Positions 14,930-28,240 of a DNA stretch of 64,000 nucleotides are shown one piece after another. The translations under genes and the position numbers were made by a program. The notes beneath the pieces are model-generated. The model made no database searches, was not told the DNA's origin, and saw nothing but the letters and a program-made list of their open reading frames with translations. The stretch's first letter is position 1. The number at the start of each line of letters is the position of its first letter. Source of the stretch: the human T2T-CHM13v2.0 reference genome, Homo sapiens; assembly GCF_009914755.1 (NCBI RefSeq), contig NC_060936.1; one strand, written 5' to 3'.

Positions 14930-16336
14930 TAAAATTTGTATGGAACTCCGAAAAACCCCAAATAGCCAAAGTAATCTTAAACAAGAAGAGCAAAGCTGGA
15001 GGCATCACACTTCCTATTTTCAAACGACATTATAAAACTATACTAATCAAAACAGTATGATAATGGCATAAAAACAGAAACAGACCAATGGAACATAAAA
15101 CCACACATGTGACCAATTAATTTTCAAAAGCAGCACCAAGAAACACAATGGGCCAAGGATAGTCTTTTCAACAAATGGTGTTGGGAAAATTGGATATCAA
15201 AATGAAAAAAAAACCTCAATCCTTATCTTTTACATATACAAAAATCAATGCAACATGAATTAAAGACTTAAACATAAGACCTACAACCATACAATTTCTA
15301 GAAGAAAACAAAGTGGCAAATTTCCATGGTGTTGGTCCTGGCAATGAGTTTTTGGATATGACACCAAAAACACAAGCAATAAAAGCAAAAATAAATAAGT
15401 GGGACTACATCAAACTAAACATCTTCTTCACAGCCAACGAAGCAATAATCAAAATAAAAAGACAAAGCATGCAATTGGAGAAAATATTTGCAAACCATGT
15501 AGCTGATAAGGGAATAATATCCAAAATGTATAAGGAAACCATACCACTCAATAGTAAAAATAATAGTAATAATAATGTTAACCTTATTAATCAATGGGCC
15601 AACGACCAAAATAGATATTTTCCCAGAGACTTACCAATGTCAAACAGATATATTAAAGGCACTCAACATCAGCAATCATCAGAATAACACAAATAAAAGC
15701 CACAGTGTGATAGCCACTTATAATTGTTGGGAGGGCTATTATCAAAATGTCAAAAGATAGCAAGTGTTGGCCAGGATGTGAAGAAAGGGGAATCCTTATA
15801 CATTGTTGAAGGAAATGTAAATTGGTATAGTCATTATGAAAAACAGTGAGGTTTCTCAATGAATTAAAAATAGAATTATCATATGATTCAGCAATCCCAC
15901 TTCTGAATATATATCTAAAAGAAATAAAGGTATTATATCAAAGAGATATCTGCACTCTCATGTTCATTGTATCACTATTCACAATAGCCAGGATTTGGAA
16001 ACAATTTAACTGTCTACCAACAGATGAATAGATAAAGAAAATATACATACATATTATATATGTAATGGACTACTATTTATTTTTTAAAAAGAAAAATTCC
16101 ATCATTTGTGGCACTATGAAAGAACTTGGAAGACATCAAGCTAATTTAAATAAGCTAGAAACAGAAAGACAAATGCTGCATGATGTCGCTTATATGTGGA
16201 ACCTAGAAAAGGTGAACTCATGGGAACAGAGAGAAGAAAGGTGGTTGACAGGGCAGGGAAAATGGGGAGATGTTTGTCAAAGGCAATGACAATAGGAATA
16301 AGTTCTGGAGACAGAACTTGTACCTCAATAAAGCTG
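14757..16336 (+). mobile_element. L1MA8/9-type 5'-truncated L1 nested in the L1MB endonuclease region
   Basis: ORF2 3' part (ORF 15313-15687 FLDMTPKTQAIKAKINKWDYIKL); 3' end tacctcaataaagctgaaaaaa; flanked by aaaaattgacagaattggaagag / aaaaaatgacaggattgaaaagag. Confidence 0.85.
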
Positions 16337-18828
16337 AAAAAATGACAGGATTGAAAAGAGAAACATACAGTTCTATAATAATAGTTGGACACTTCAATAA
16401 TTCATTTTAAATGACAAATAGAAAAACTAGACAGAATTGTAACAAAAAATAGAAGACTTGAAAAACAGTATAAGGCAATTAGATCTAATAGACATATAAA
16501 GAACAGTCCACCCAACAACAGCGGAATATACATTCTTTTCAAGTGGATATGGAACTTTCTCTAATATCAGCCATATCTTAGTCCACAAAATATCTCCTAA
16601 TCTTTTTAAAAAGTCTGAATTTAAACAAAATATAATTTACAACCACAATGGAAGAAACATATCAATAAAGAATGAGAACTGGAAAATTCACAAATATGTG
16701 GAAATTAAACAGTACACTCTTCAACTACCAGTGAATGCAAGAATAAATCACAAGGGAAATTAGAGAATTGCTTGTGACAAATGAAAATAAAAACGCAAGA
16801 TAACAAAACTTATTGAATGCAGTGAAATCAGATCTCAGAGAAAAATGTATAAACAACCTCATTAACAAAACCTCAAATCAACAACCTCACTCTATAATTT
16901 AAGGAAGCAGAAAAAACAGAGAAAATGAAATCCAAAGCTAACAGAAGGAAAAAAATGATAAAGACTAGAGCATAAATCAGTAAAATAGAAGGTTGAAAAA
17001 CAATAGAGGAAATATATATAGCTAACAATTATTTAAAAAGATCAAACCTTTCACTATATTGACTTAGCAAAAGATAGAAGACTCTCATTATAAAATCATA
17101 AATGAAAGTGGACACATTACTACCAACTTTACAGAAATGAAAAAGGTTTATAGGAGAATACTGTGAACAACTGTATACCAACAAATTAGGTACCCTGGAT
17201 GAAATGGACAAATTTCTAGAAAGACACAAACTACCAAAATGACTCCAGAAGAAATAGAAGATCTAAGAAGACCTATAACAAACAAGGAGATTGAATCAGT
17301 AATTAAAAACAATTCAACAAAGAAAGATTTATGACCAAATAGCCACATTAACTGGTGAGTCTACCGAGCATTTAAAGAATAATTATTAGTATTTTTTCTC
17401 AAACCCTTCCAACAAAACATATGAAGAAGGAATACTTGTTAATTCATTCTTTGATAACAGCATTACCCTGATACCAAAGCCAAAGACAGTTAAAAAAAAA
17501 AAGAAAGCTATGACCCAATATCCCTTATAATTATATACGCAAAAAATCTCAGCAAGTACTAGCAAAATACTAGCAGCAATACTGTATAATCAAAGGATTG
17601 TATACTGTCAGCAAGTAAGATTTATCCTAAAAATGTGAGGGTGTTTCAACATATTAAAAAATCAATCAATGTAATATACCACAATAGTAAAATGGAGAAC
17701 CATATGAGATCCTAGGAAGTAGTCCTCACATATATGGTCAATGACTTTTCAACAAAAGGGCCAAGACCATTTAATGGAGGAAAGAACAATGTCTTCAATA
17801 AATAATGCCAGGAGAGCTGGGTATGCACATGCACAGAGTGAAGTTAGACCCCTACCTTGCATTATGTAAAAATATTAACTCAAAATTAATAAAATACTTA
17901 AAGACTAGAACTATGTATCTCTTAGAAGAAAATACACAGACAAATCTTTATGACCTTTGATTTTTAAATGATTTTTGAGATATGACACAAAAGCACAGAT
18001 AGCAAAAGAAAAAATATGTAAATAAGATTTAATCAAAATCAAAAACTTTTATGCATCAAAAGACACCATCAAGAGAATGAAAAGACAATGTGAGAAAATA
18101 TTTGCAAAACATATATCTGGATAAAGGCTTAATATCTAGAATATATGGTGAACTCCTGCAACTCCTGCAACTTCTGCAACTTTTTGTATAACGACAAAAG
18201 CCTAAAATTCCAAGTAAAAATAGGCAAAAGACTTGAACAGATATTTCTCTAAAAAAGATATACAAATGGCCAATAAGGACAAGAAAAGATGCTAAACTCA
18301 ATTATTCATTAATAAAATGCAAATCAAAATCAAAATGAGATACCACTTTGCATCTAGTACTGTGGCTATCATAACAACCGTGAAACAGAAAATGTGTTGG
18401 TATGGGTGTGGAGAAATTGGAACGCTCATGAATTGGCTGCTGGGAATATAAAATGATGCAGTTGCTGTGGGAAACATTTGGTGGTTCCTCACAAAATTAG
18501 ACATAATTCTAACCTTCCGCTGGAATTTCCAGAAATTCCACTCCTAAATATTATGCCCCCTCCCAAAAAAAAAGTTGACAGTAGGGTCTGGAACAGATAT
18601 TTTTACACCAAAGTTCATTGCAGCATTACTCACCATAGTTAAAAGACAGAAACAATCTGTGTCCATTAGCAAGTGAATGGATAAACAAAATATGGTGCAT
18701 GTATATAATAGAATATTATCGAGCCATTAAAGGGAATAAAGTTCTGATACATGTTACAACCTGGATAAAACTTGAAAACATGTTGCTAAGTAAGCCAGAC
18801 ACAAAAGGACAAATACTGTATGATTCCA

Positions 18829-19185
18829 TGCATTAGTCTGTTCTCACACTGCTAATAAAGACATGACCCCAACTATGTAACTTATAAAGGAAAGAGGTTT
18901 AATAGATTCACAGTTCCACATGGCTGGGGAGACCTCACCATCATGGCAGAGGGCTGATGAGGAGCAAAGTCAAGTCTTACGTAGCCGCAGGCAAGAGAGC
19001 TTGTGCGGGAGAACTCATATTTATAAAACCATCAGATCTCATGAGACTTATTCACTACCAGGACAACAGTATGGGGGAAACTGCCCCATGATTCAATTAT
19101 CTCCACCTGTCCCTGCTCTTGACACATGGGGTTTATTAAAATTCAAAGTGAGATTTGGGTGGGGACACAGCCAAAAAAAAAATCA
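18829..19185 (-). mobile_element. THE1 (C/D-like) MaLR solo LTR
   Basis: tgcattagtctgttctcacactgctaataaagacat...gagatttgggtggggacacagcc...atca; exact 5-bp TSD ttcca. Confidence 0.93.
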
Positions 19186-19758
19186 TTCCACTTATATGAA
19201 ATATCTAGAACAGGCAAATTTCTGAAGACAGAACATAGATTAGTGTTTACCAGAGACTGGGGAGAGGAAGGAATGGTGAGTTATTGCTTCATGGGTACTT
19301 CGTTTCTGTTTGTGATGACAAGAAACTTCTGGAAATAGAGATGATGGTTGTACAACACTATGAATGTACTTAATGCTACTGAATTGTGTAAAGTTGTTGA
19401 AATTTTAATACCATAAAAAATTTAAAATATGAGATATTCTTATATTTTCTAATAATTATTCTTATATCCATGGTTATTTAAAAGTTCTTTGCTTAATTGC
19501 CTAATAGTAAGGTTTTTCTGCACATAATTTTATTACTGATTTTTAATTTATTTCTGTATTGGTCAGAGTACAAACTCTGTATGGTTTAAATCCTTTTATA
19601 TTTATTGAGAATTATTTTATGGTCCAGTATTTGCTCCATCTTGATTAATGTTCCATGGCCACTTGAAAAGTAGATTTGATTATTGCCACCTTTAGTCTTT
19701 TGATGTCTCTTTCACACATTTTGAAGTTTCATTATGCGCACCCCTTTAAGACTGTTAA

Positions 19759-20084
<326 letters not shown>

Positions 20085-20351
20085 TGAACTGACCCTATTT
20101 TGATTATGACTTGACACCGTTATCTTTAGTAGTAGTACTCGTAGTTTAAAGACCACTTTATCTAATATTAATATGCACACACAGACTGTTTTAGGATTAG
20201 TATTAGTATGGCACATTTATATCCACACTTTTGCTTAAATGTTGTGTCTATCTCCAAAGTGTGTTTCTTGTGAACAGCATAGTGTTGGGTCTTGTTGGTT
20301 TGTTTATTTATTTATTTAATCTCATCTGAAAATCTGTACTTCTTAAAAAAA

Positions 20352-21490
20352 TTTATTTTATCTTATTTTACTTTAAGTTCCGGGATACATGTGCAGAACA
20401 CGTAGGTTTGTTACATACGTATACATATGCCTTGGTTGTTTGCTGTACCCATCATCTAGGTTTTAAACCTCACCTGCATTAGGTATTTGTCCTAATGCTC
20501 TCCCTCTCCTTGCTCCCCACCTCCCGACAGGCCCCAGTGTGTGTTGTACCCCTCCCTGTGTCCATGTGTTTTCATTGTTCAGCTCCCACTTATGAGTAAG
20601 AACATATGGTGTTTGGTTTTCTGTTCCTGTGTTAGTTTGCTGAGGATGATGGCTTCCAGCTTCATCGATGTCCCTGCAAAGGACATGATCTCATTCTTTT
20701 TCATGGCTGCATAGTATTCCTGGTGTATATATAACATATTTTCTTTATCCAGTCTACCATTGGTGGGCATTTGAGTTGGTTCCATGTCTCTGCTATTGTA
20801 AATAGTGCTGCAATAAACATACATGTGCATGTGTCATTATAGTAGAATGATTTATATTCCTTTGGGTATATACCCAGTAATGAGATTGCTGGGTCAAATG
20901 GTATTTCTGGTTCTAGATCCTTGAGGAATCACCACACTATCTTCCACAATGGTTGAACTAATTTACATTTCCACCAACAGGGTAAAAGTGTTCCTATTTC
21001 TCCACAGCCTTGCCAGCACCTATTGTTTCTTGACTTTTTAATAATTGCCATTCTGACTGGTGTGAGATTGTATCTCATTGTGGTTTTGATTTGCATTTCT
21101 CTAATGGTCAGTGATGATGAGCTTTCTTTCATATATTTGTTGGCCACATAAATGTCTTCTTTTGAGAAGTGTCCGTTCATATCTTTTGCCCACTTTTTGA
21201 TGGGGTTGTCTGTTTTTTCTTGTAAATTTGTTTAAGTTTCTTGTAGATTCTTAATATTAGACCTTTGTCAGATGTGTAGATTACAAAAATTTTCTCCCAT
21301 TCTGTAGGTTGTCTGTTCACTTTGATGTTACTTTCTTTTGCTGTGCAGAAACTCTTCAGTTTAATTAGATCTCATTTGTCAATTTTGGCTTTTGTTGTCA
21401 TTGCTTTTGGAGTTTTTGTCATGAAGTCTTTGCCCACGCATATGTCCTGGATGGTATTGCCTAGGTTTTCTTCTAGGGTTTGTATGGTTT
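20352..21490 (-). mobile_element. L1PA7/8-type 3' 1.1 kb
   Basis: catctaggttttaaacctcacctgcattaggtatttgtcctaatgctctccc; ORF2 C-terminal peptide in ORF 20929-21180. Confidence 0.92.
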
Positions 21491-21502
21491 CCAGTTCTTC
21501 TA

Positions 21503-21800
21503 TATTTTTTATGTATTAGAAACAAGATCTTGCTCTGTCACACAGTCTGGGGTGCAGTGGCATGATCATATCTACTGGTCTTAAGGGATCCTCTCACATT
21601 GGCCTCCTGAGTAGCTGGGACTGCAGGCACATGCCACTGTGCCCAGCTAATTTTTAATTTTTAAAAAAATATTTGCAGAGATGTGATCTCACTACCCATC
21701 TCTTGCCAAGGCTGGTCTTAAACTCCTGGTGGCAAGTCATCCTCCACCCTCATGCTCCCAGAGTGCTGGGATTACAGGTGTGAGCCACCAAGCCCAGGCC
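21503..21800 (-). mobile_element. AluJ
   Basis: Diverged dimer: gcagtggcatgatcata...gatcctctcac...gtgagccaccaagcccaggcc. Confidence 0.88.
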
Positions 21801-23279
21801 CTTTTATACTTAATGTAACTTTTTATACTTTTATACTTAATGTGGTTGTTGAGATGATTAGGTTTCAGTGTACCCTATTGCTATTTGTTTTATGTTTGTT
21901 TCTGTTTCTTTTTTTCTCTAGTTTTTCTTTAGTGTGATTGTTTTTTAATATTGTGTTTTATCTCTTCTACTGGCTTTTTAACTATACCTCTTTGTTTTAA
22001 TTTTTAAATTGTTAGTTGCAAGATTACAATATGTATCTTTATCACAGTATACCTTGAGTTAATATTTTAACATTTTTGTTCAGGTAAGAACCTAAAAATG
22101 GCATAATCCCAATAATTCTCCTCTGTCTATTATGCTAGTTTTGTCACATATATTTTTTCCAGCACGTTTGTTGTAAGTAATCAGGAATTAGTGTTGAATT
22201 TTGTGAAAATTCTTTTACAAGTCTTTCAAGATGATTCTAGGGATTTTCTACTTTATTTTATTTATATGATGTACTATGTTCATTGGGTTTCAGATAATAA
22301 ACCAAATTTGCATTACTAGGATTAAATCTAGAGAGTTATGATGTATTACAATTATAGATATTGTTGGATTTAATTTGCTTCCATTTTGTTAAACATTTGC
22401 ATTTATAGTTATGAGAGAGATTGTTTGGCACTTTTTTCTTCTGATGTCTCCATCTTGCTTTTATACCAAGCTAATACTGGCCCTCTAAAATGCTTTGGCA
22501 TATGTTCTATTCTCTATTTGCTGAAAATGTTTGTGTATGACTCACATACTTTATTCTTTAAATGTTTGATGGAATTCACAGGTTAAGCCATCTGGTACTA
22601 TGCTCTTCTTCATGGGAATATATTTAATTACTAATTCCATTGTTTTTACTTTATATAGATCTACTAAGATTTCCTATTTGTAAGTCAATTTTGCTACTTA
22701 ATAACTTCCTAGGAATTTGATTATTTCATTTCTGTTTTTAAACTTGTTAATGTAAGTTGTTCATTACATTACCTTGAATTCTTTTTATATTTCTGTTCAA
22801 TCTGTTGTGAGGTTCTATCTTTCATTCCTGAGAGTAAAAATCTGTGTCTTCTCTTTTTCATCTTGATGATTCTAGTAAAATATTTGCAAATTTTATTGAT
22901 TATTTCAAATATACAACTATGAGTTCTATTGTTTTCTCTATTCGTTTTGTTTCCTGTTTCATTAATTATTGTTCTGATTGTTATTATTTCTTCTCTTCTA
23001 TTTCCTTGCTTCCTTTTTTTAGTTTCTTAAGTTCAAAGGTAAATAATTGATTTGAGACTTTCTTTTCTAGTAAAACATTTGAATCTATAAGTTTCTCTCC
23101 AAACATTATTTTAGCTTCTTTTCATATATTTTGATTTATTCTGTTATTATTTTCCATGTACTTAAGTTATTTTCTAATTTCCCTTGTGATTTGTTGTTGG
23201 AAAAATGGATGATTCAGAGCTATTTTGTTTAATATTTGTTCTGTTTAATTTTTCAACACATATATAGACATATCTATTA

Positions 23280-23901
23280 TTTTAGACTGGGTTTTCTGAT
23301 ACAAATATTAGATGTTTTGTTTTGAAGATGAAACAAAGGGCAGCATGGGTAAGAAAAAAGAGAACTAAGGGTGGCTAGAAAGGGGAGACAATAGTTATTA
23401 CTTTATAAGAAGCCACGAAACTATAGTGAATTAGTTAGAAGGAATATCTGCTTGAAATGAAACACTTCCAGGTGAGCCAAAAATAGATACCCAGCCTCAG
23501 AGTAGATTATGGAGAGAGGAATTTATTTCTTCAGCTTCCTTCTGTCTTCTTTTCCCCCGACAAAGCATTCCCCAGAGGGCATTAACTCCCTCATACCTCC
23601 AGACTGTATCATTTTGCCCCTTTAATGGTGAGATGGAATGCCAGAGCCCCATGTCAGCTGTGGGTTCCTAGTGGAGGAAAGAGCTGGAGTCTCTGGGCAA
23701 TCACTGCTGGACCTGGCTATGTATCAGAGGCTATATTCCTAAGACAGCTTACTGGTTGTCACAGCAGCAGAGCTATTTGGGCCTGAACAAGGTACCACAG
23801 GTTATGACTGGTGGCTATGGCAGAGTAGGTGGCCAAGGATACATGAGACAGGTAGCATCAAAGAAAATAGAGCTGTTGAGTGAGATCTGTGTTAGATCTA
23901 C
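23280..23901 (-). mobile_element. ERVL-class LTR, LTR41-like
   Basis: gaggaatttatttcttcagcttcc...cccagagggcattaactccctcatacctccaga...agagctggagtctctgg resembles the recalled LTR41 reverse strand. Confidence 0.5.
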
Positions 23902-25676
23902 ATATATACCGATTGATATATAATTATCTATTTAGAAAATTATTGAGAAAGATCCACAGAAGAAGATTAAACTTTGGGAATATTACAGCAAGAGCAGGAG
24001 AAAGGGCTTTTACTGCTTTACATGATTTTTAGTAATGATATTATGGGAAATTAAAAAAATTAGTGTATATTTTGGAAAAATTAAAAATAATCGTCACATT
24101 AAATAAATTATTGTATATCCCTATGATGAACTCTAGATACATCTTGAAAAAGTTTAATTATATAAAAAAGCATTGTGCCCATGATATATTGAGTTAAAAA
24201 AATATTAAATAGTATACAGGCATACCTCATTTTAATGTGCTTTGTAGATGCTGAGTGTTTTACAAATCGAAGTTTTCTAGAAACTCTGCATTGAACAAGT
24301 CTCTTGGAACCAACTTTTCAACAGCATGTATGCACCTGATGGCTTTGTGTCACATTTTGGTAATTCTCACAATATTTCAAATTTTTCATTATTATATTTG
24401 TTACAGTGATCTGTAATTAGTGATTTTTGATGTCATTACTGTAATTGTTTGGGGGTACCATGATCTGTGCCCATGTAAGACAGCCCATGTAAGGCTTAGT
24501 TGCTAAGTGTTGTGTGTCTTCTGCCTGCTACACTGACTAGCCATTCTTCTCGTTCATCTGTCTCCCTCCCTCAGCCTCCCTATTTCCAGACACACAACAA
24601 TTTTAACCTTAGGCCAATTAATACCACTAAAATGGCCTCTAAGTATTCAAATAAAAGAAAGAGTTGCATTTCTTTCATTTTAAGTCAAAAGCTGGAAATG
24701 ATTAAGCTTAGTGAGGCAGGCATGTCAAAAACTGAGACAGGCTTAAAGGTAGGCTTCTTGCACCAAACAGTTAGCTAAGCTATGAATGCAAAAGAAAAGT
24801 TCCTGAAAAAAATTGAAAGTGCTACCCCAGTGAATGAACAAATGATAAGAAAGTAAAACAGTCTTATTGCTGTTATGGAGAAAGTTTTAGTTGTCTGGAT
24901 AGATCAAACAAGCCATAATACTTCCTTAAGCCAAAGCCTAATCCAGAGCAAGGCCCTAACTCTCTTCAATTCTGTAAAGGCTAAGAGAGGTAAGGAAGCT
25001 ACAGAAGAAAGTTTGAAGTTAGCAGAGGTTGGTTCATGAGGTTTAAGGAAAAAGTCACCTCCATAACAAAGAAGTGCAAGGTGATGCGGAAAGAGCCGAT
25101 GTAGAAGTTGCAGCAAATTATCTTGATCTAGCTAAGATCACTGAGGAAGGCGACTACACCAAATGACAGATTTTCAATGTAGCCCAAACAGCCTTGTATT
25201 GGAATAAGATCACTCCTATGACTTTCATAGCTGAGAGGAGAAGTCAATAACTGGTTTCATAGTTTCAAAGCACAGACTGACTCTCTTATTAGGCAGTATT
25301 GCAGTTGAAGACTTTAAGTTGAAGCCAGTACTCATTTACCATTCAGGAAAACCTATGACCCTCAAGGAATGATGTTAAATCTACTCTGCCTATGCTCTAT
25401 AAACAGGACAATGAAGCCTGATGATAGCATATCCATTTACAGCATGGTTTACTGAATATTTTGAGCCCACTGTTGAGATCTACCACTCAGAAAAGAAAGA
25501 TTCATTTCAAAATATTACTGTTCATTGATAATGTACCTAGTTACCCAAGAGCTGTGATGGAGATGTTCAAGGAGATTAGTATTGTTTCACGCCTGCTAAC
25601 ACAATATCCATTCTACAGCCCATGGATCAACAAGTAAATTTGACTTTCAGGTTGTATTATTTAATAAATAAATTTC

Positions 25677-25918
25677 AAGTATTTGATAGCATAACACGGT
25701 GACTACACTCAATAATAACTGAATTGTACATTTTAAAATAACAGAGTATAATTGGATTGTTTGTAATACGAAGGATAAATGCTTGAGGAAATGAATACTC
25801 CATTCTTCATGATGTGATTATTACGCATTGCATGCCTGTATCAAAACATCTCATGAACTCCATAAATATATACACCAACTATATACCCACAAAAATTAAA
25901 AAGAAAGAAAGAAAGAAA

Positions 25919-25963
<45 letters not shown>

Positions 25964-25965
25964 AG
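25677..25965 (+). mobile_element. L1MA2-type 3' end with (GAAA)n tail, inside Tigger1
   Basis: catgatgtgattattacgcattgcatgcctgtatcaaaacatctcatg...atacccacaaaaattaaaaa followed by GAAA repeats. Confidence 0.88.
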
Positions 25966-26087
25966 AGTAGGTTATAAGTCTATAGCTGCCATAGTTAGTG
26001 ATTCCTCAGATAGATCTGGCAAAGCAAATTGAAAAATTTCTAGAAAGAATTTACTGTTCTAGATGTGTTTAAGAACATTTGTAATTT

Positions 26088-26209
26088 GCTAGGCATCATG
26101 GCTCATGCCTGTAATCCCCTCACTTAGGGTGTCTGAGACAGAAGGATCACTTGAGCCCAGGAGTTTGAGATTAGCCCTGGCAACATAGTGAGACCCCATC
26201 TCTACAAAT
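26088..26209 (+). mobile_element. Alu left monomer (FLAM_C-like), inside Tigger1
   Basis: ggatcacttgagcccaggagtttgaga...accccatctctacaaa; aacatttgt(a/g)at duplicated on both sides. Confidence 0.85.
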
Positions 26210-26311
26210 AACATTTGTGATACATGGAAGGAGGTCAAAATATCAACATTAATAGGATTTTGGATGAAATTGTTTCCAACCCTCAAGGATGATTTTGAGG
26301 GATTCAAGACT

Positions 26312-27080
26312 GTTTTACTCTTTATTTACTTATATATTTATTTAATTTTCAACTTTTAAGTTCAGGGGTACATGTACAGGATGTGCAGGTTTGTTACATA
26401 GTTAAATGTGTGCCATGGTGGTTTGCTGCATGGATCATCCCATCACCTAGGTATTAACATCAGCATCCCTTAGCTATTCTTCCTGATGTTCTCCCTCCTC
26501 CCACCTCCCCACCCCCTGACAGGCCCCAGTGTGTATTATTCCCCATCATGTGTCCATGTGTTTTCAACACTTAGCTCCCCCTTACAAGTGAGAATACGCA
26601 GTATTTAGTTTTTTGTTTCTGTGTTAGTTTGCTGAGGATAATGACTTCCAGCTTGATCCATGTCCCTACAAAGGACACAATCTCATTCCTTTTTATGGCT
26701 GCATAGTATTCCATGGTATATATGTATCACATTTTCTTTATTTAGTCTATCATTGATGGGCATTTAGCTTGATTCCATGTCTTTGCTATTGTGAATAGTG
26801 CTGCTATGAAAATAGGCATGCATGCATTTTATAACAGAATGAAATACAAATCCAAATCACAATGAGATACCATCTTACACCAGTCAGAATGGCTATTATT
26901 CAAAACTCATAAAACTACAGATGCTGGTGAGGTTGTGGAGGAAAAGGAACACTTTTACACTGTTGCTGGGAGTGTAAATTAGTTCAGCCACATAAAGACA
27001 ATGTGGTGATTCCTCAAAAACCTAGAGGCAGAATTACCATTCAACCCAGCAATCCCATTACTGGGTATATACCCAAAGGG
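26312..27080 (-). mobile_element. L1PA (PA10-like) with 5' inversion, inside Tigger1
   Basis: Minus-strand 3' segment at 26312-26842 joined to plus-strand upstream segment at 26841-27080; TSD agggattcaagact / agggactgaagact. Confidence 0.92.
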
Positions 27081-28059
27081 ACTGAAGACTTTATTTGAAG
27101 AAAGAACTGCTGATGTGGTAGAAATGGCAAGAGAACTAGAATTAGCAGTGGAGCCTTAAGTTGTGACTGAATTGCTGCAATATCATAATAAAATTTTAAT
27201 GGATAGGAGTTATTTTGTATGGATGAGCAAAGAAAATGTTTTTTTTTTTTGAGATGGAAGCTACTCTTGGTGAAGATGCTATTAACATTGTTGAGATGAC
27301 AACAAAGGATTTAGAATATTACATAAATTTAGTTAATGAAGCAGTGGCAGGGTGTGATAGGATTAACCCCAACTTTGAATGAAATTCTACTGTGGGGTAA
27401 AATGCTATCAAACAGCACTGCATGCTACAGAGAAATCTTTCATTATGAGATGTCAGTCAATGCAGCAAACCTCATTGTTGTCTTATTTTAAGAAATTGCC
27501 ACAGCCACTCCAACCTTTAGCAACCACCACCCCGATTAGTAAGCAGCCATTAAAATTGAGGCAAGATCCTCCGCCAACAAAAAGGTTATGACTTGCTGAA
27601 CGTTCAGATGATTGTTAGCATTTTTAGCAATAAAGTATGTTTAACGAAGTTATGTACATTGAATTTTAGACATAATACTATTGCACACTTAATATATTAT
27701 AGTATAGTGTAAACATAATTTTTATATGTGTAGGAAACCAAAAAGCCTGTGTGACTCAATTTATTGCAATATTCACTTTACTGTCGTGGTTTGGGACTGA
27801 ACCCACAATATTTCTGAAGTATGCCTGTATAAAGAAAATAATTGAGAACGTATTAGATGTTTAAAGTTTTTAAATAGAAATTTTCATAAATATCCTCTGT
27901 TAGTGTTTGACCATGTGAATAAATTGATTAGAATGTACAAAGAGAAAAAAATAGTATAAAAGGAATAAGGGAAAATACCTAATATACGTGACACCAAATG
28001 TATAGCTATCATAAGTGAAATAGATTACAGAGAAATAATGTATATGAAAAAGACTTGCG

Positions 28060-28240
28060 GAAGAGCAGTGGTTTTGGACACTGACAAATACAAATTTTGA
28101 GTCATGCCATTGCTCTTCTGGAGTTAATCCTGCTTAGGATCTCGTTTTCTTGCCTGTTAATAATAATAATAATAATAAAACTCGGTATATCACAGGACAC
28201 CTATTATGGTGAATAAGAAGAATATATTTTAAGTGCTTTG
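28060..28240 (+). mobile_element. MIR
   Basis: gaagagcagtggttttggacactgaca...ctcgttttcttgcctgttaa...atatattttaagtgcttt. Confidence 0.55.

Larger units (their letters stand above)
12684..19428 (+). mobile_element. Long L1MB-type element (ORF1, ORF2, 3' UTR; degenerate, with internal deletion near 17.7 kb) hosting an Alu, an L1MA and a THE1 LTR
   Basis: ORF1-like sequence at 12.7-13.9 kb; ORF2 start near 14368; endonuclease resumes at 16337 (ataatagttggacacttcaa, IIVG.FN); RT-region and C-terminal remnants; L1MB 3' UTR gatggttgtacaacactatgaatgtacttaatgctactgaattgt. Confidence 0.85.
24632..27199 (+). pseudogene. Tigger1 transposase, disrupted
   Basis: MASKYSNKRKSCISFILSQKLEMIKLSEAGMSKTETGLKVGFLHQTVS* matches the Tigger1 N-terminal CENP-B-type HTH; contains stops, frameshifts and insertions. 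Confidence 0.85.
24217..27827 (+). mobile_element. Full-length Tigger1 (pogo/Tc1-mariner DNA transposon) with three nested insertions
   Basis: Terminal inverted repeats caggcatacctc / gaagtatgcctg with TA on both sides; about 2.4 kb remains after removing the inserts. Confidence 0.95.

Noticed and set aside
15313-16031. ORFs with clear protein similarity
   Set aside because: They are fragments of L1 ORF2 broken by stops and frameshifts, not a host gene.
24500-24778. 92-aa ORF resembling TIGD/CENP-B proteins
   Set aside because: It is the N-terminus of a decayed Tigger1 transposase with an early stop.
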